Shown: positions 23,762 to 37,635, counted from the stretch's first letter. The stretch is 64,000 bases of DNA from Escherichia coli (GCF_024502345.1 NZ_JALDNN010000001.1); one strand, 5' to 3'. Made by a program: numbers and translations. The notes: generated by a model not told the origin, from the letters alone.

Positions 23762-25021
23762 TTAGTTCGCCCTTCTGAGAGGCGTCACGTTGTAATCTTC
23801 GCCCTTCTCCAGAGCCACCAGCAAGCCCGCCCACTGTGTTAACGCAGCCCGTCGCTCGTCAAAGTATTGGTGACGGTTATAAATCCCCTCTACGCCCTTA
23901 ATGCGATGATTGAGGCATCGTTCCGCCACTACCGGATCAACGCCCAGCGCTGCTAAATGGGTGCGGGCCGTGCGTCGGAAGTCGTGAATCGTGAAATTAG
24001 GCACATCCGGCATTTCGGCGCGAACCTTAGCCAGTGCTACGGGCAGGGTGCTTTCCTGAATATGGGGGATCATGCGGTTTTGCATCTTTCTGGCTGGCAG
24101 TACCCATGCGCTGTTGCATGAGAACGTTTTAAGCTCTCTCAGCCATTCGACGGCTGGCGGTGCTAATGGGATGTCTATAGCGTCGCCGTTTTTGCTGCGT
24201 TCCTCTGGCAAGCGCCATACGGCTTTATCAAAATCGAACTCCTCCCAGCGGGCGGCGCATAACTCCATTTTGCGGACGCATAACGCTAACAGTAATTTGA
24301 ACGTGATTTCGTTCTGGCGACTGAATCCCTTAGCCGTGCGCATGGCTTTGAATAGCTGGATTAACTCATCGCGGGTTAACCAGCGGTCACGGGCAACTTC
24401 TTTCCCTCCGGCGTCTGCCACCTCAAAGGCTGAACAGGGGTTAATCTCCAGCGCGTGCCGTTTGATTCCGTAGTCGAATATGCGGCGCGTCCATCTCAGC
24501 ACGTCCGTTGCTATGGTCGGCGCTCCACGGTCAACAATACTTTTCAGCATGTCGTCGATATGGCGCGGCTTCACGTCCTCTACCTTCATGCTGCCAATGC
24601 AGGGGTTTATATCTTTGTCGATACGGCGGCGGAGTATATCTGGGTGCTTCCAGCGCGGCAGGATCTGACGCTCAAAGTATTCAGCGGCAAGCTCTGAAAC
24701 GCGCATGGCATTCTTCTCTGCTTCGATCTTCGCCAGTGCTTCGGCTTTCCGTTCCTGCTTCTCTCCTGCAACGTCATAGCCCAACGCAACGCGAGCCGAT
24801 AGCTCTTTGGCTGTCTCTCTGGCCTTTGATAGTGATAGCTCGGCATATGAGCCGATAACCATTGCTCGCTGCTTACCTGCGAATTTATAGCGAAAGCGCC
24901 AGAAAGGGACTGTGTAGTTTTTGGGGTAGCAAATATAAAGGCCGTTGCCATCGGCCCTTCCTTCAAATCTATCTCCGGCCTTTATCCATGCGCGGATCTG
25001 CATGTCTGTAATCTTTGGCAT
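23762..25021 (-). CDS. Tyrosine recombinase, phage-type integrase (about 419 aa), apparently intact
   Basis: N-terminal arm-binding region (GNGLYICY...FWRFRYKF) and catalytic residues (HDFRRT ... GIYNRHQY); start placed at MPKITD because the upstream ATG at 25057 lies inside a direct-repeat motif. Confidence 0.85.
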   Translation of the reverse strand: MPKITDMQIRAWIKAGDRFEGRADGNGLYICYPKNYTVPFWRFRYKFAGKQRAMVIGSYAELSLSKARETAKELSARVALGYDVAGEKQERKAEALAKIEAEKNAMRVSELAAEYFERQILPRWKHPDILRRRIDKDINPCIGSMKVEDVKPRHIDDMLKSIVDRGAPTIATDVLRWTRRIFDYGIKRHALEINPCSAFEVADAGGKEVARDRWLTRDELIQLFKAMRTAKGFSRQNEITFKLLLALCVRKMELCAARWEEFDFDKAVWRLPEERSKNGDAIDIPLAPPAVEWLRELKTFSCNSAWVLPARKMQNRMIPHIQESTLPVALAKVRAEMPDVPNFTIHDFRRTARTHLAALGVDPVVAERCLNHRIKGVEGIYNRHQYFDERRAALTQWAGLLVALEKGEDYNVTPLRRAN

Positions 25022-25144
25022 TGCGAATACCTGAACATTGAATGGGGGTGTGTACATAAACCGATGTACATAAAACCCATTATGTACACCACTATGTACA
25101 CGGCAATCGTGCGCTTTGTTGCTTCCTCATGATAGCCCATGATA

Positions 25145-25171
25145 ACAAAAAAGCCCGACAAAATGCGGGCT
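25145..25171 (-). terminator. Rho-independent terminator of yicC
   Basis: GCCCGCATTTTGTCGGGC hairpin followed by a T-run on the minus strand, about 40 bp after the yicC stop. Confidence 0.6.
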
Positions 25172-25210
25172 TTGCTGGTTTTGTGTATCTTTGTGATAGC
25201 TCTTAAATAT

Positions 25211-26074
25211 TTACTCGATATTCTGAATCTGCTCGCGCATCTGCTCAATCAACACTTTCAGCTCAATCGCGGAGTTTGTCACTTCGGCATTGATAGACTT
25301 CGACGCAAGAGTGTTCGACTCGCGGTTGAACTCCTGCATCATAAAGTCCAGACGACGACCAACGGCTTCTTTTTTCTTCAGAATGTTGTAGGTCTCTTTG
25401 ACATGCGCTTCGAGGCGGTCCAGCTCTTCGGCAACGTCAATTCGTTGTGCCAGCAGAACCAACTCCTGCTCCAGACGGTTGTTTTCCAACTGCACCTGAG
25501 CATCTTCCAGCTTCGCGACCAAGCGTTCACGCTGCCATTGCAGGATTTCCGGCATATGGGAGCGGACTTTGACCACTTCGGCGGTGACGCCTTCCAGACG
25601 CTGCTCGATCAATGCTTTCAGTGCCTGACCTTCGGTTTCGCGCGCGACAATAAAGTCGTCCAGGGTGCCATCCAACGCCGCGAGAATTTCAGCGGCAATG
25701 GCGTCAAGATCCTGCTCCTGGGCTGCCATCACGCCCGGCCAGCGCAGAATATCAACCGGGTTGATTTCCCCTTCGTCACTCTGCATTTTTACCCAGTTCG
25801 CGGCAGTTACCAGCTGTTTAGCCAGTTTTTCGTTGAGGATCAGCTCACCTTGCGCGCTAACATCTGGCTCATAGCGCAGGGTACATTCCACTTTACCGCG
25901 CGTCAGGCGAGAACGAATACGCTCACGAACGACAGGTTCAAGGCTACGGAACTGCTCCGGCAGACGAAAGTAAGTTTCCAGATAACGCTGGTTTACCGAG
26001 CGCATTTCCCAGGTTGCGCTCCCCCATTCACCCTTGATTTCACGCCGGGCGTAGGCGGTCATACTGCGGATCAT
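25211..26074 (-). CDS. yicC: YicC-family stress-induced protein (287 aa)
   Basis: Translation matches YicC. Confidence 0.9.
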   Translation of the reverse strand: MIRSMTAYARREIKGEWGSATWEMRSVNQRYLETYFRLPEQFRSLEPVVRERIRSRLTRGKVECTLRYEPDVSAQGELILNEKLAKQLVTAANWVKMQSDEGEINPVDILRWPGVMAAQEQDLDAIAAEILAALDGTLDDFIVARETEGQALKALIEQRLEGVTAEVVKVRSHMPEILQWQRERLVAKLEDAQVQLENNRLEQELVLLAQRIDVAEELDRLEAHVKETYNILKKKEAVGRRLDFMMQEFNRESNTLASKSINAEVTNSAIELKVLIEQMREQIQNIE

Positions 26075-26200
26075 AGACGTTCCTGTTTATAAAAGGAGAG
26101 GTGGAAGGATTATAGCCATCGATGCCTTGTCAGGATAGGAATAACCGCCGGAAGTCCGTATAATGCGCAGCCACATTTGTTTCAAGCCGGAGATTTCAAT

Positions 26201-26917
26201 ATGCGTCCAGCAGGCCGTAGCAATAATCAGGTGCGTCCCGTTACCCTGACTCGTAACTATACAAAACATGCAGAAGGCTCGGTGCTGGTCGAATTTGGCG
26301 ATACCAAAGTATTGTGTACCGCCTCTATTGAAGAAGGCGTGCCTCGCTTCCTGAAAGGTCAGGGCCAGGGCTGGATCACCGCAGAATACGGCATGCTGCC
26401 ACGTTCTACCCACACCCGTAACGCTCGTGAAGCAGCGAAAGGTAAGCAGGGTGGACGCACAATGGAAATCCAGCGTCTGATCGCCCGTGCTCTTCGTGCG
26501 GCAGTAGATTTGAAAGCGCTGGGTGAGTTCACCATTACGCTGGACTGCGACGTGCTTCAGGCTGATGGTGGCACGCGTACCGCTTCGATTACGGGTGCCT
26601 GTGTGGCGCTGGCAGATGCGCTACAGAAGCTGGTGGAAAACGGCAAGCTGAAAACCAATCCAATGAAAGGGATGGTAGCCGCGGTTTCTGTCGGGATTGT
26701 GAACGGCGAAGCGGTTTGCGATCTGGAATACGTTGAAGACTCAGCCGCAGAGACCGACATGAACGTAGTGATGACCGAAGACGGGCGCATCATTGAAGTG
26801 CAGGGGACGGCAGAAGGCGAGCCGTTCACCCATGAAGAGTTACTCACCTTGTTGGCGCTGGCCCGAGGGGGAATCGAATCCATTGTAGCGACGCAGAAGG
26901 CGGCGCTGGCAAACTGA
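26201..26917 (+). CDS. rph: Ribonuclease PH (238 aa), full length
   Basis: Translation matches RNase PH through the C-terminus; start at [10 protein letters not shown]. Confidence 0.9.
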   Translation: MRPAGRSNNQVRPVTLTRNYTKHAEGSVLVEFGDTKVLCTASIEEGVPRFLKGQGQGWITAEYGMLPRSTHTRNAREAAKGKQGGRTMEIQRLIARALRAAVDLKALGEFTITLDCDVLQADGGTRTASITGACVALADALQKLVENGKLKTNPMKGMVAAVSVGIVNGEAVCDLEYVEDSAAETDMNVVMTEDGRIIEVQGTAEGEPFTHEELLTLLALARGGIESIVATQKAALAN

Positions 26918-26922
26918 TTTTT

Positions 26923-26950
26923 AAGGCGACTGATGAGTCGCCTTTTTTTT
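26923..26950 (+). terminator. rph-pyrE intergenic attenuator/terminator hairpin
   Basis: GGCGACTGATGAGTCGCC stem followed by TTTTTTTT. Confidence 0.75.
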
Positions 26951-26982
26951 GTCTGTAGAAAAGTAAGATGAGGAGCGAAGGC

Positions 26983-27624
26983 ATGAAACCATATCAGCGC
27001 CAGTTTATTGAATTTGCGCTTAGCAAACAGGTATTAAAGTTTGGTGAGTTTACGCTGAAATCCGGGCGCAAAAGCCCCTATTTCTTCAACGCCGGGCTGT
27101 TTAATACCGGGCGCGATCTGGCACTGTTAGGCCGTTTTTACGCTGAAGCATTGGTGGATTCCGGCATTGAGTTCGATCTGCTGTTTGGCCCTGCTTACAA
27201 AGGGATCCCGATTGCTACCACAACCGCCGTGGCGCTGGCGGAGCATCATGACCTGGACCTGCCGTACTGCTTTAACCGCAAAGAGGCAAAAGACCACGGT
27301 GAAGGCGGCAATCTGGTCGGTAGCGCGTTACAAGGACGCGTAATGCTGGTGGATGATGTGATCACCGCCGGAACGGCGATTCGCGAGTCGATGGAAATTA
27401 TTCAGGCCAATGGCGCGACGCTTGCTGGCGTATTGATTTCGCTTGATCGTCAGGAACGCGGGCGCGGCGAGATTTCGGCGATTCAGGAAGTTGAGCGTGA
27501 TTACAACTGCAAGGTGATCTCTATCATTACCCTGAAAGACTTGATTGCTTACCTGGAAGAGAAGCCAGAAATGGCGGAACATCTGGCGGCGGTTAAGGCC
27601 TATCGCGAAGAGTTCGGCGTTTAA
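26983..27624 (+). CDS. pyrE: Orotate phosphoribosyltransferase (213 aa)
   Basis: Translation matches PyrE; start at [11 protein letters not shown]. Confidence 0.9.
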
Positions 27625-27660
27625 AGAAACTCGCCGGATGAAAAGTCATCCGGCGTCATA

Positions 27661-28257
27661 TTACTGCAACTGCGCGGCAATTAGCGGCCAGCGGGCGTCA
27701 AAATCATCCGTCGGGCGGTATTTAAACTCGCTGCGGACAAAGCGTGACAGCATACCTTCACAGAAGGCCAGGATCTGGCTTGCCAGCAGGGTTTCATCGG
27801 TGGTGTAACCTTCACCCTCACGCATTCTCTTTTCACGCAATACCTGGCGCAGCTGCGCTTCAATACGCTCGAACAGCTGGTTGATGCGCCCTTGCAGGCG
27901 ATCCTGTTCAAACATCAGTGCATGACCAGTGAGGATGCGGGTCAGGCCAGGATTACGCTCACCAAAACCGAGAAGCAGCAACACAATCAGACGCAGGCGC
28001 GCTGTGGTGTCTTTCTCATCTTTCAGAATCAGGTTGATGCGAGTAATCAGGCTATCTTCGATAAACTCAATCAGGCTATCGAACATGCGGGTCTTACTGG
28101 GGAAGTGGCGATACAGTGCCGCTTCGGAAACGCCGACAGAGGCGGCCAGTTTTGCCGTCGTGATACGTTGGCTTCCATCGCTGGATTCCAGCATCAGCGC
28201 CAGAGACTGAAGTATTTCTTCGCGACGGTTCCTTTTCGCAGTTTGTTTTTCTGCCAT
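27661..28257 (-). CDS. slmA: Nucleoid occlusion factor SlmA, TetR family (198 aa)
   Basis: Translation matches SlmA; start at [10 protein letters not shown]. Confidence 0.9.
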
Positions 28258-28363
28258 GTTACAAAATACCCCTGAAAATAAGCACTTGCCAGGCGGCACC
28301 CACGCTATGACCGCAAACGAAATGTTTGCGGCTATGTTATGACGTTATTCGGATGCGTATGTG

Positions 28364-28819
28364 TTACTGACGACCAGAGTGACCAAAGCCGCCTTCACCG
28401 CGGTCGGTGGCGTCGAAATCTTCCACCAGATTAAATTCAGCCTGTACTACCGGAACAAAAATCATCTGGGCGATGCGTTCGCCAGGTTGAATGGTGAAGC
28501 TGTCCTGACCACGGTTCCACACGGAAATCATTAACTGGCCCTGATAGTCGGAATCGATCAATCCTACCAGGTTACCAAGCACGATACCGTGCTTATGTCC
28601 CAATCCGGAGCGCGGCAGCATCATTGCCGCCAGTGAAGGATCGGCAATATGAATCGCCAGCCCGGTCGGAACCAGAGTAGTGTCACCCGGAGCCAGTTCT
28701 ACGGCGTCGTCGAGACAGGCACGCAGGTCAAGTCCGGCAGAGCCAGAGGTGGCATAAGTCGGGAGCGGAAATACCTTCCCAACGCGCGGGTCCAGAATCT
28801 TAACGTCGATTTTTTTCAT
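28364..28819 (-). CDS. dut: dUTP diphosphatase (151 aa)
   Basis: Translation matches Dut. Confidence 0.9.
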   Translation of the reverse strand: MKKIDVKILDPRVGKVFPLPTYATSGSAGLDLRACLDDAVELAPGDTTLVPTGLAIHIADPSLAAMMLPRSGLGHKHGIVLGNLVGLIDSDYQGQLMISVWNRGQDSFTIQPGERIAQMIFVPVVQAEFNLVEDFDATDRGEGGFGHSGRQ

Positions 28820-30020
28820 CATAACGGGTCACGATCTCGTCGAGTAATAATTGGCCAAGGAGCTCTTTGCGCTCAAGCGGTAAGACTTTATCTCCGTCCT
28901 GCCAGAAAAGGTGTAATGCGTTGTTGTCGCTGTTAAATCCTTGAGTTGGCTGGGAAACATCGTTCGCGCAGATCATATCAAGGTTTTTACGGATACGTTT
29001 TTGCCGGGCGTATTCTTCCACATTATTTGTTTCGGCGGCAAATCCAACGACGTAGGGGCGATGGTCTTTTAGTGCGGCAACGCCTGCGACGATATCGGGG
29101 TTTTTAACCATTTTTATTGTTAATTCATCACCCTGCGTGGCCTGCTTTTTGATTTTTTCTGGGGCCACGGTAGCTGCGCGATAATCCGCCACGGCGGCGC
29201 AGCCGATAAAAATATTTTGCTGCTGTACAGAAGCATTCACGGTGGCTTCCATTTCCAGCGCGGTCATCACATCAACACGTTTAACAAACGGTGGCGTCGG
29301 TAGTGAAACCGGACCTGATATCAGCGTGACGTTCGCGCCACGACGGGCAGCGGCGGCGGCGATAGCAAAACCCATCTTGCCGGAGCTGTGATTAGAGATA
29401 TAACGCACCGGATCGAGCGGTTCACGCGTCGGGCCGGCGGTAATCATAATGTTCAGATGTTTCAGGTCGTTGACGGGCGAAAAATGCGCCACCGCCATAT
29501 CCACAATGGTTAACGGATCGAGCATTCGCCCAGGACCGATATCACCACAAGCCTGACTGCCACTGTCTGGCCCCCAGATGAGCAAACCACGGGAAGCAAG
29601 CACCTCTAAATTATGCTGCGTGGCAGCGGCACGGTACATCTGCTGGTTCATGGCGGGGATCACGGCTACAGGCGCAGGTGTAGCCAGACAAATCGTCGAT
29701 ACCAGGTCATTCGCCATTCCGGCAGCAACACGGGCAATCAAATCTGCCGTGGCAGGGGCGAGAATCACTAAATCAGCCCATTTACCCAGCTCAATATGGC
29801 CCATAGCGGCTTCGGCTGCCGGGTCCAGCAGACTGTCGGAAACGGGATAACCAGAAACCGCCTGCAAGCTAAGTGGGGTGATAAAGGCTTTTGCCGCTTC
29901 GGTCATGGCTACGCGGACGTCGGCCCCGCGATCGCGCAAACGACGCACCAGTTCAGGGGTTTTATAGGCAGCAATACCGCCGCTAACGCCGAGAACGATT
30001 TTTTTACCGGCCAGGCTCAT
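28800..30020 (-). CDS. coaBC: Bifunctional phosphopantothenoylcysteine decarboxylase/synthetase (406 aa)
   Basis: Translation matches CoaBC (Dfp); start at [15 protein letters not shown]. Confidence 0.9.
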   Translation of the reverse strand: MSLAGKKIVLGVSGGIAAYKTPELVRRLRDRGADVRVAMTEAAKAFITPLSLQAVSGYPVSDSLLDPAAEAAMGHIELGKWADLVILAPATADLIARVAAGMANDLVSTICLATPAPVAVIPAMNQQMYRAAATQHNLEVLASRGLLIWGPDSGSQACGDIGPGRMLDPLTIVDMAVAHFSPVNDLKHLNIMITAGPTREPLDPVRYISNHSSGKMGFAIAAAAARRGANVTLISGPVSLPTPPFVKRVDVMTALEMEATVNASVQQQNIFIGCAAVADYRAATVAPEKIKKQATQGDELTIKMVKNPDIVAGVAALKDHRPYVVGFAAETNNVEEYARQKRIRKNLDMICANDVSQPTQGFNSDNNALHLFWQDGDKVLPLERKELLGQLLLDEIVTRYDEKNRR

Positions 30021-30191
30021 GATGATTTTTCCTGTTGGGTGACACCAGAAGTTGGCGATTTTATCACAATACTTTTGTTGTCGTGCCTTCACCTGAGAAT
30101 CACTTTGCGAGGCGCTTTCCAGGATTGAAAACTGGCCGTCGATTTAACGGAACGGCTATGACAGGATGCGAGCACCACAAAGGAGGTGAAG

Positions 30192-30860
30192 GTGAAAAAC
30201 AATGCACAGCTGTTGATGCCGCGCGAAAAAATGCTGAAGTTTGGTATTAGCGCCTTAACGGATGTCGAGCTGCTGGCGCTATTTCTGCGTACCGGAACGC
30301 GCGGTAAAGATGTATTAACCCTGGCAAAAGAGATGCTGGAGAATTTCGGCTCTCTTTATGGCTTGTTAACCTCTGAATATGAACAATTTAGTGGTGTTCA
30401 TGGAATTGGCGTGGCGAAATTTGCCCAGTTAAAGGGGATTGCTGAACTGGCGCGGCGTTACTACAACGTGCGGATGCGTGAAGAAAGCCCTTTACTCAGC
30501 CCGGAGATGACGCGGGAATTTTTACAAAGCCAGCTCACGGGTGAGGAGCGGGAGATCTTTATGGTGATCTTTCTCGACTCACAACACCGGGTTATAACGC
30601 ATAGCCGTCTTTTTTCCGGCACGCTAAACCATGTTGAAGTCCATCCTCGGGAAATTATCCGCGAAGCGATAAAAATAAACGCCTCGGCGCTGATCCTTGC
30701 ACATAATCACCCTTCGGGTTGTGCTGAACCCAGTAAAGCGGATAAACTCATTACTGAACGGATAATAAAGAGTTGTCAGTTCATGGATTTACGCGTGCTC
30801 GACCATATCGTGATTGGGCGTGGAGAGTATGTTTCTTTTGCCGAACGCGGCTGGATTTAA
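30192..30860 (+). CDS. yicR: UPF0758 JAB-domain protein RadC/YicR (222 aa), probable GTG start
   Basis: Translation matches YicR; the GTG at 30186 overlaps the AGGAGG ribosome-binding site, so the next GTG is chosen. Confidence 0.8.
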
Positions 30861-31055
30861 CCCGCTATGCGCGATCCTTCGGGATCTTTGTCTGTTCGGG
30901 ACTTGAGCACATCGCTGAGTCAGCGTATACTACGCCACCTTTGAGAATCTCGGGTTTGGCATTTGGGCCTGGCAATCGAGAGTTCACATAGAACTGCGAT
31001 GACCGGGCTGTAAAGCCTGACGAGGCGCCAATACCCCATACGAAGCTCGAGCTAA

Positions 31056-31313
<258 letters not shown>

Positions 31314-31330
31314 GTACTTAGAGGAAATAA

Positions 31331-31500
<170 letters not shown>

Positions 31501-31520
31501 ATTCTCGCTTTGATGTAACA

Positions 31521-31548
31521 AAAAACCTCGCTCCGGCGGGGTTTTTTG
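31521..31548 (+). terminator. Rho-independent terminator of the rpmBG operon
   Basis: ACCTCGCTCCGGCGGGGT hairpin followed by TTTTTT. Confidence 0.7.
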
Positions 31549-31598
31549 TTATCTGCTTGCCCCCATATTGACTGCATCTGTTCATTCCTGGAGATGCT

Positions 31599-32408
31599 AT
31601 GCCTGAATTACCCGAAGTTGAAACCAGCCGTCGCGGCATAGAACCGCATCTCGTTGGTGCAACCATTCTTCATGCGGTGGTGCGCAACGGACGCTTGCGC
31701 TGGCCGGTTTCAGAAGAGATCTACCGATTAAGCGATCAACCAGTGCTTAGCGTGCAGCGGCGGGCTAAATATCTGCTGCTGGAGCTGCCTGAGGGCTGGA
31801 TTATCATTCATTTGGGGATGTCTGGCAGCCTGCGCATCCTTCCAGAAGAACTTCCCCCTGAAAAGCATGACCATGTGGATTTGGTGATGAGCAACGGCAA
31901 AGTGCTGCGCTACACCGATCCGCGCCGCTTTGGTGCCTGGCTGTGGACCAAAGAGCTGGAAGGGCATAATGTGCTGGCCCATCTTGGACCGGAGCCGCTT
32001 AGCGACGATTTCAACGGTGAGTACCTGCATCAGAAGTGCGCGAAGAAAAAAACGGCGATCAAACCGTGGCTGATGGATAACAAGCTGGTGGTAGGCGTAG
32101 GGAATATCTATGCCAGCGAATCTCTGTTTGCGGCGGGGATCCATCCGGATCGGCTGGCGTCATCACTGTCGCTGGCGGAGTGCGAATTGCTGGCTCGGGT
32201 GATTAAAGCGGTGTTGCTGCGTTCGATTGAGCAGGGCGGTACAACGCTAAAAGATTTTCTGCAAAGTGATGGTAAACCGGGCTATTTCGCTCAGGAATTG
32301 CAGGTTTACGGGCGAAAAGGCGAGCCCTGTCGGGTGTGCGGTACGCCGATTGTGGCGACTAAACATGCGCAGCGGGCAACGTTTTATTGTCGGCAGTGCC
32401 AGAAGTAA
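31599..32408 (+). CDS. mutM: Formamidopyrimidine-DNA glycosylase (269 aa)
   Basis: Translation starts [17 protein letters not shown], matching MutM/Fpg. Confidence 0.95.
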
Positions 32409-32446
32409 TTCATGCGCGCCGGATGGCATACCATCCGGCATAAACG

Positions 32447-34211
<1,765 letters not shown>

Positions 34212-34562
34212 AGTAAATAGCTGACTTATGGATGTGCTGGGGATTCTATGTATTTAGCTGTGGCTTTACCATTACTTTTCCCGTTTTTGACTTAAATAGC
34301 AATTTACCCGCCAATTCTTGCTGAACATCTATACTTTTTTTGTATTTTTATGCGATTCATTGATTTCTGCTGTACATGCAGGAAGGAATCGCAGAGCAAC
34401 AGTGAAAGAATATGGTTGCTAATGATTATATTTGATTGATTTCTTTATTGAAAATCAACAATGTGCTTAAAAATCATTCGGGTCGGATTGCCGCGAAAGA
34501 AGTGATACACTAGCGCGTCAATATCAGTGCGGTATCAGTATTCAGGTAGCTGTTGAGCCTGG

Positions 34563-34574
34563 GGCGGTAGCGTG
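34563..34574 (+). promoter_or_regulatory. ops element (GGCGGTAGCGTG) within a JUMPStart-like leader upstream of waaQ; RfaH recruitment site
   Basis: Exact ops consensus GGCGGTAGnnTG about 50 bp upstream of waaQ. Confidence 0.8.
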
Positions 34575-34623
34575 CTTTTTCTGCTTCACCTTAATCGGAT
34601 AATCTCAACAAAAAGAGTTAATT

Positions 34624-35682
34624 GTGGATAAGCCATTTCGAAGAATTTTGCTCATTAAGATGCGTTTTCATGGGGATATGTTATTAACTACTCCCGTCAT
34701 TAGTTCGCTGAAAAAAAATTACCCTGACGCAAAAATCGATGTGCTGCTTTATCAGGACACCATCCCGATCCTGTCTGAAAATCCAGAGATTAACGCGCTC
34801 TACGGCATAAAAAATAAAAAAGCAAAAGCCTCAGAAAAAATTGCCAACTTTTTTCATCTCATCAAGGTATTACGTGCCAATAAGTATGACCTTATCGTCA
34901 ATCTTACCGATCAATGGATGGTTGCTATACTGGTTCGCTTATTAAATGCCCGTGTGAAAATTTCCCAGGATTATCATCATCGGCAGTCTGCTTTTTGGCG
35001 TAAAAGTTTCACCCATTTGGTGCCGTTGCAGGGTGGAAATGTGGTGGAAAGTAACTTATCCGTGCTGACACCATTGGGACTTGATTCGTTGGTGAAGCAG
35101 ACAACCATGAGTTACCCGCCTGCAAGCTGGAAACGTATGCGTCGCGAACTTGATCACGCTGGTGTTGGACAAAATTATGTGGTTATCCAACCTACGGCGC
35201 GGCAAATCTTCAAATGCTGGGACAACGCCAAGTTTTCCGCTGTGATTGATGCCTTACATGCTCGTGGTTATGAAGTCGTTCTGACGTCCGGCCCAGATAA
35301 AGACGATCTGGCCTGCGTCAATGAAATTGCGCAGGGATGCCAGACGCCACCAGTAACGGCGCTGGCTGGAAAGGTGACCTTCCCGGAACTTGGTGCGTTA
35401 ATCGATCATGCGCAGCTGTTTATTGGCGTTGATTCCGCACCGGCGCATATTGCCGCTGCAGTTAATACGCCGCTGATATCGCTGTTTGGTGCGACAGACC
35501 ATATTTTCTGGCGTCCCTGGTCAAATAACATGATTCAATTCTGGGCGGGAGATTACCGGGAAATGCCAACGCGCGATCAGCGTGACCGAAATGAGATGTA
35601 TCTTTCGGTTATTCCGGCGGCAGATGTCATTGCTGCTGTCGATAAATTACTGCCCTCCTCCACGACAGGTACGTCGTTATGA
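34624..35682 (+). CDS. waaQ: LPS core heptosyltransferase III
   Basis: Translation matches WaaQ; exact start uncertain (GTG at 34624 or downstream ATG). Confidence 0.85.
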   Translation: MDKPFRRILLIKMRFHGDMLLTTPVISSLKKNYPDAKIDVLLYQDTIPILSENPEINALYGIKNKKAKASEKIANFFHLIKVLRANKYDLIVNLTDQWMVAILVRLLNARVKISQDYHHRQSAFWRKSFTHLVPLQGGNVVESNLSVLTPLGLDSLVKQTTMSYPPASWKRMRRELDHAGVGQNYVVIQPTARQIFKCWDNAKFSAVIDALHARGYEVVLTSGPDKDDLACVNEIAQGCQTPPVTALAGKVTFPELGALIDHAQLFIGVDSAPAHIAAAVNTPLISLFGATDHIFWRPWSNNMIQFWAGDYREMPTRDQRDRNEMYLSVIPAADVIAAVDKLLPSSTTGTSL

Positions 35683-36803
35683 TCGTTGCTTTTTGTTTAT
35701 ATAAATATTTTCCCTTTGGCGGTTTGCAGCGCGATTTTATGCGTATTGCTCAGACAGTCGCCGCCCGAGGTCATCATGTTCGGGTTTATACCCAGTCGTG
35801 GGAAGGCGAATGCCCTGATGTATTTGAACTGATCAAAGTGCCGGTTAAATCGCATACCAATCACGGGCGCAATGCGGAGTATTTTGCCTGGGTGCAAAAA
35901 CATTTACGCGAACATCCCGTCGATAAAGTCGTTGGATTCAACAAAATGCCGGGGCTGGACGTTTATTATGCCGCTGATGTTTGTTATGCCGAGAAAGTAG
36001 CGCAGGAAAAAGGCTTTTTCTATCGCCTGACGTCACGTTATCGCCATTATGCCGCCTTTGAGCGGGCAACCTTCGAACAGGGCAAGCCGACACAGCTGCT
36101 GATGCTGACAGATAAGCAAATCGCCGATTTCCGGAAACATTATCAGACTGAAGCGGAGCGTTTTCATATTCTGCCACCGGGGATTTATCCTGATCGTAAA
36201 TATAGCCAGCAGCCAGCCAATAGCCGTGAAATCTTCCGTAAGAAGAATGGAATAACCGAACAACAATATTTATTGTTGCAGGTCGGTTCAGACTTCACGC
36301 GTAAAGGTGTCGATCGTTCCATTGAAGCACTTGCTTCGTTACCGGATTCGCTGCGCCACAACACATTGCTATATGTTGTTGGGCAGGATAAACCGCGAAA
36401 ATTTGAGGCACTGGCAGAAAAACGCGGCGTGCGCAGTAATGTTCACTTCTTCTCGGGGCGCAACGATGTCTCGGAATTAATGGCGGCGGCGGATTTATTA
36501 CTGCATCCTGCCTACCAGGAAGCGGCGGGAATTGTGCTGCTGGAAGCGATTACTGCAGGATTACCGGTACTAACAACTGCCGTTTGTGGCTATGCGCATT
36601 ATATTGTCGACGCTAATTGCGGCGAGGCTATTGCTGAGCCATTCCGCCAGGAAACATTGAATGAGATTTTACGCAAAGCGTTAACGCAATCTTCATTGCG
36701 CCAGGCTTGGGCGGAAAATGCGCGACATTATGCTGATACACAAGATTTATACAGTCTGCCAGAGAAAGCGGCGGATATCATAACGGGTGGTCTGGATGGT
36801 TGA
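35679..36803 (+). CDS. waaG: LPS core glucosyltransferase I, GT4 (374 aa)
   Basis: Translation matches WaaG. Confidence 0.9.
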   Translation: MIVAFCLYKYFPFGGLQRDFMRIAQTVAARGHHVRVYTQSWEGECPDVFELIKVPVKSHTNHGRNAEYFAWVQKHLREHPVDKVVGFNKMPGLDVYYAADVCYAEKVAQEKGFFYRLTSRYRHYAAFERATFEQGKPTQLLMLTDKQIADFRKHYQTEAERFHILPPGIYPDRKYSQQPANSREIFRKKNGITEQQYLLLQVGSDFTRKGVDRSIEALASLPDSLRHNTLLYVVGQDKPRKFEALAEKRGVRSNVHFFSGRNDVSELMAAADLLLHPAYQEAAGIVLLEAITAGLPVLTTAVCGYAHYIVDANCGEAIAEPFRQETLNEILRKALTQSSLRQAWAENARHYADTQDLYSLPEKAADIITGGLDG

Positions 36804-37593
36804 ACTTAAAGAGCCGTTTGCCACGTTATGGCGCGGCAAAGATCCTTTTGAGGAAGTTAAAACCTTGCAGGGTGAGGTATTTCGTGAACTGGAAACTCGC
36901 CGTACTCTGCGCTTCGAAATGGCGGGCAAAAGCTATTTTCTCAAATGGCATCGCGGCACGACCCTGAAAGAGATAATCAAAAATTTACTCTCATTGCGGA
37001 TGCCAGTATTAGGCGCAGACCGCGAATGGGATGCGATTCATCGACTGCGGGATGTCGGCGTTGATACTATGTATGGGGTGGCATTCGGCGAAAAAGGCAT
37101 GAATCCGCTGACCAGAACCTCGTTTATTATTACCGAAGATCTGACACCAACCATCAGTCTGGAAGATTACTGTGCTGACTGGGCGACCAACCCACCAGAT
37201 GTTCGCGTAAAGCGTATGCTTATTAAGCGTGTCGCGACGATGGTGCGCGATATGCATGCTGCGGGCATTAACCATCGTGACTGTTATATCTGTCATTTCC
37301 TGCTGCACTTGCCTTTTTCCGGTAAGGAAGAGGAGTTAAAAATTTCGGTAATTGACCTACACCGGGCGCAGCTTCGCACGCGCGTTCCACGTCGTTGGCG
37401 CGATAAAGATCTTATAGGGCTTTATTTTTCTTCAATGAATATTGGCCTGACTCAGCGGGATATCTGGCGCTTTATGAAGGTGTATTTTGCCGCCCCGCTT
37501 AAAGACATTCTCAAGCAGGAACAAGGACTGCTGTCGCAAGCAGAAGCAAAAGCCACAAAAATCAGGGAAAGAACGATTCGAAAATCGTTGTAA
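36796..37593 (+). CDS. waaP: LPS core heptose(I) kinase (265 aa)
   Basis: Translation matches WaaP. Confidence 0.9.
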   Translation: MVELKEPFATLWRGKDPFEEVKTLQGEVFRELETRRTLRFEMAGKSYFLKWHRGTTLKEIIKNLLSLRMPVLGADREWDAIHRLRDVGVDTMYGVAFGEKGMNPLTRTSFIITEDLTPTISLEDYCADWATNPPDVRVKRMLIKRVATMVRDMHAAGINHRDCYICHFLLHLPFSGKEEELKISVIDLHRAQLRTRVPRRWRDKDLIGLYFSSMNIGLTQRDIWRFMKVYFAAPLKDILKQEQGLLSQAEAKATKIRERTIRKSL

Positions 37594-37635
37594 CCCGTAA
37601 CTTATTTTTGCCAAAATTTTGGATACAGAATAAAT

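Noticed and set aside
25139-26092. 317-aa ORF on the plus strand
   Set aside because: Antisense to yicC
28800-30092. Extended N-termini on several track ORFs (coaBC, gpmM, gmk, yicJ, envC, coaD and others)
   Set aside because: The extra N-terminal residues do not match the known proteins; starts were moved to the conserved internal methionine, so these are not novel extensions
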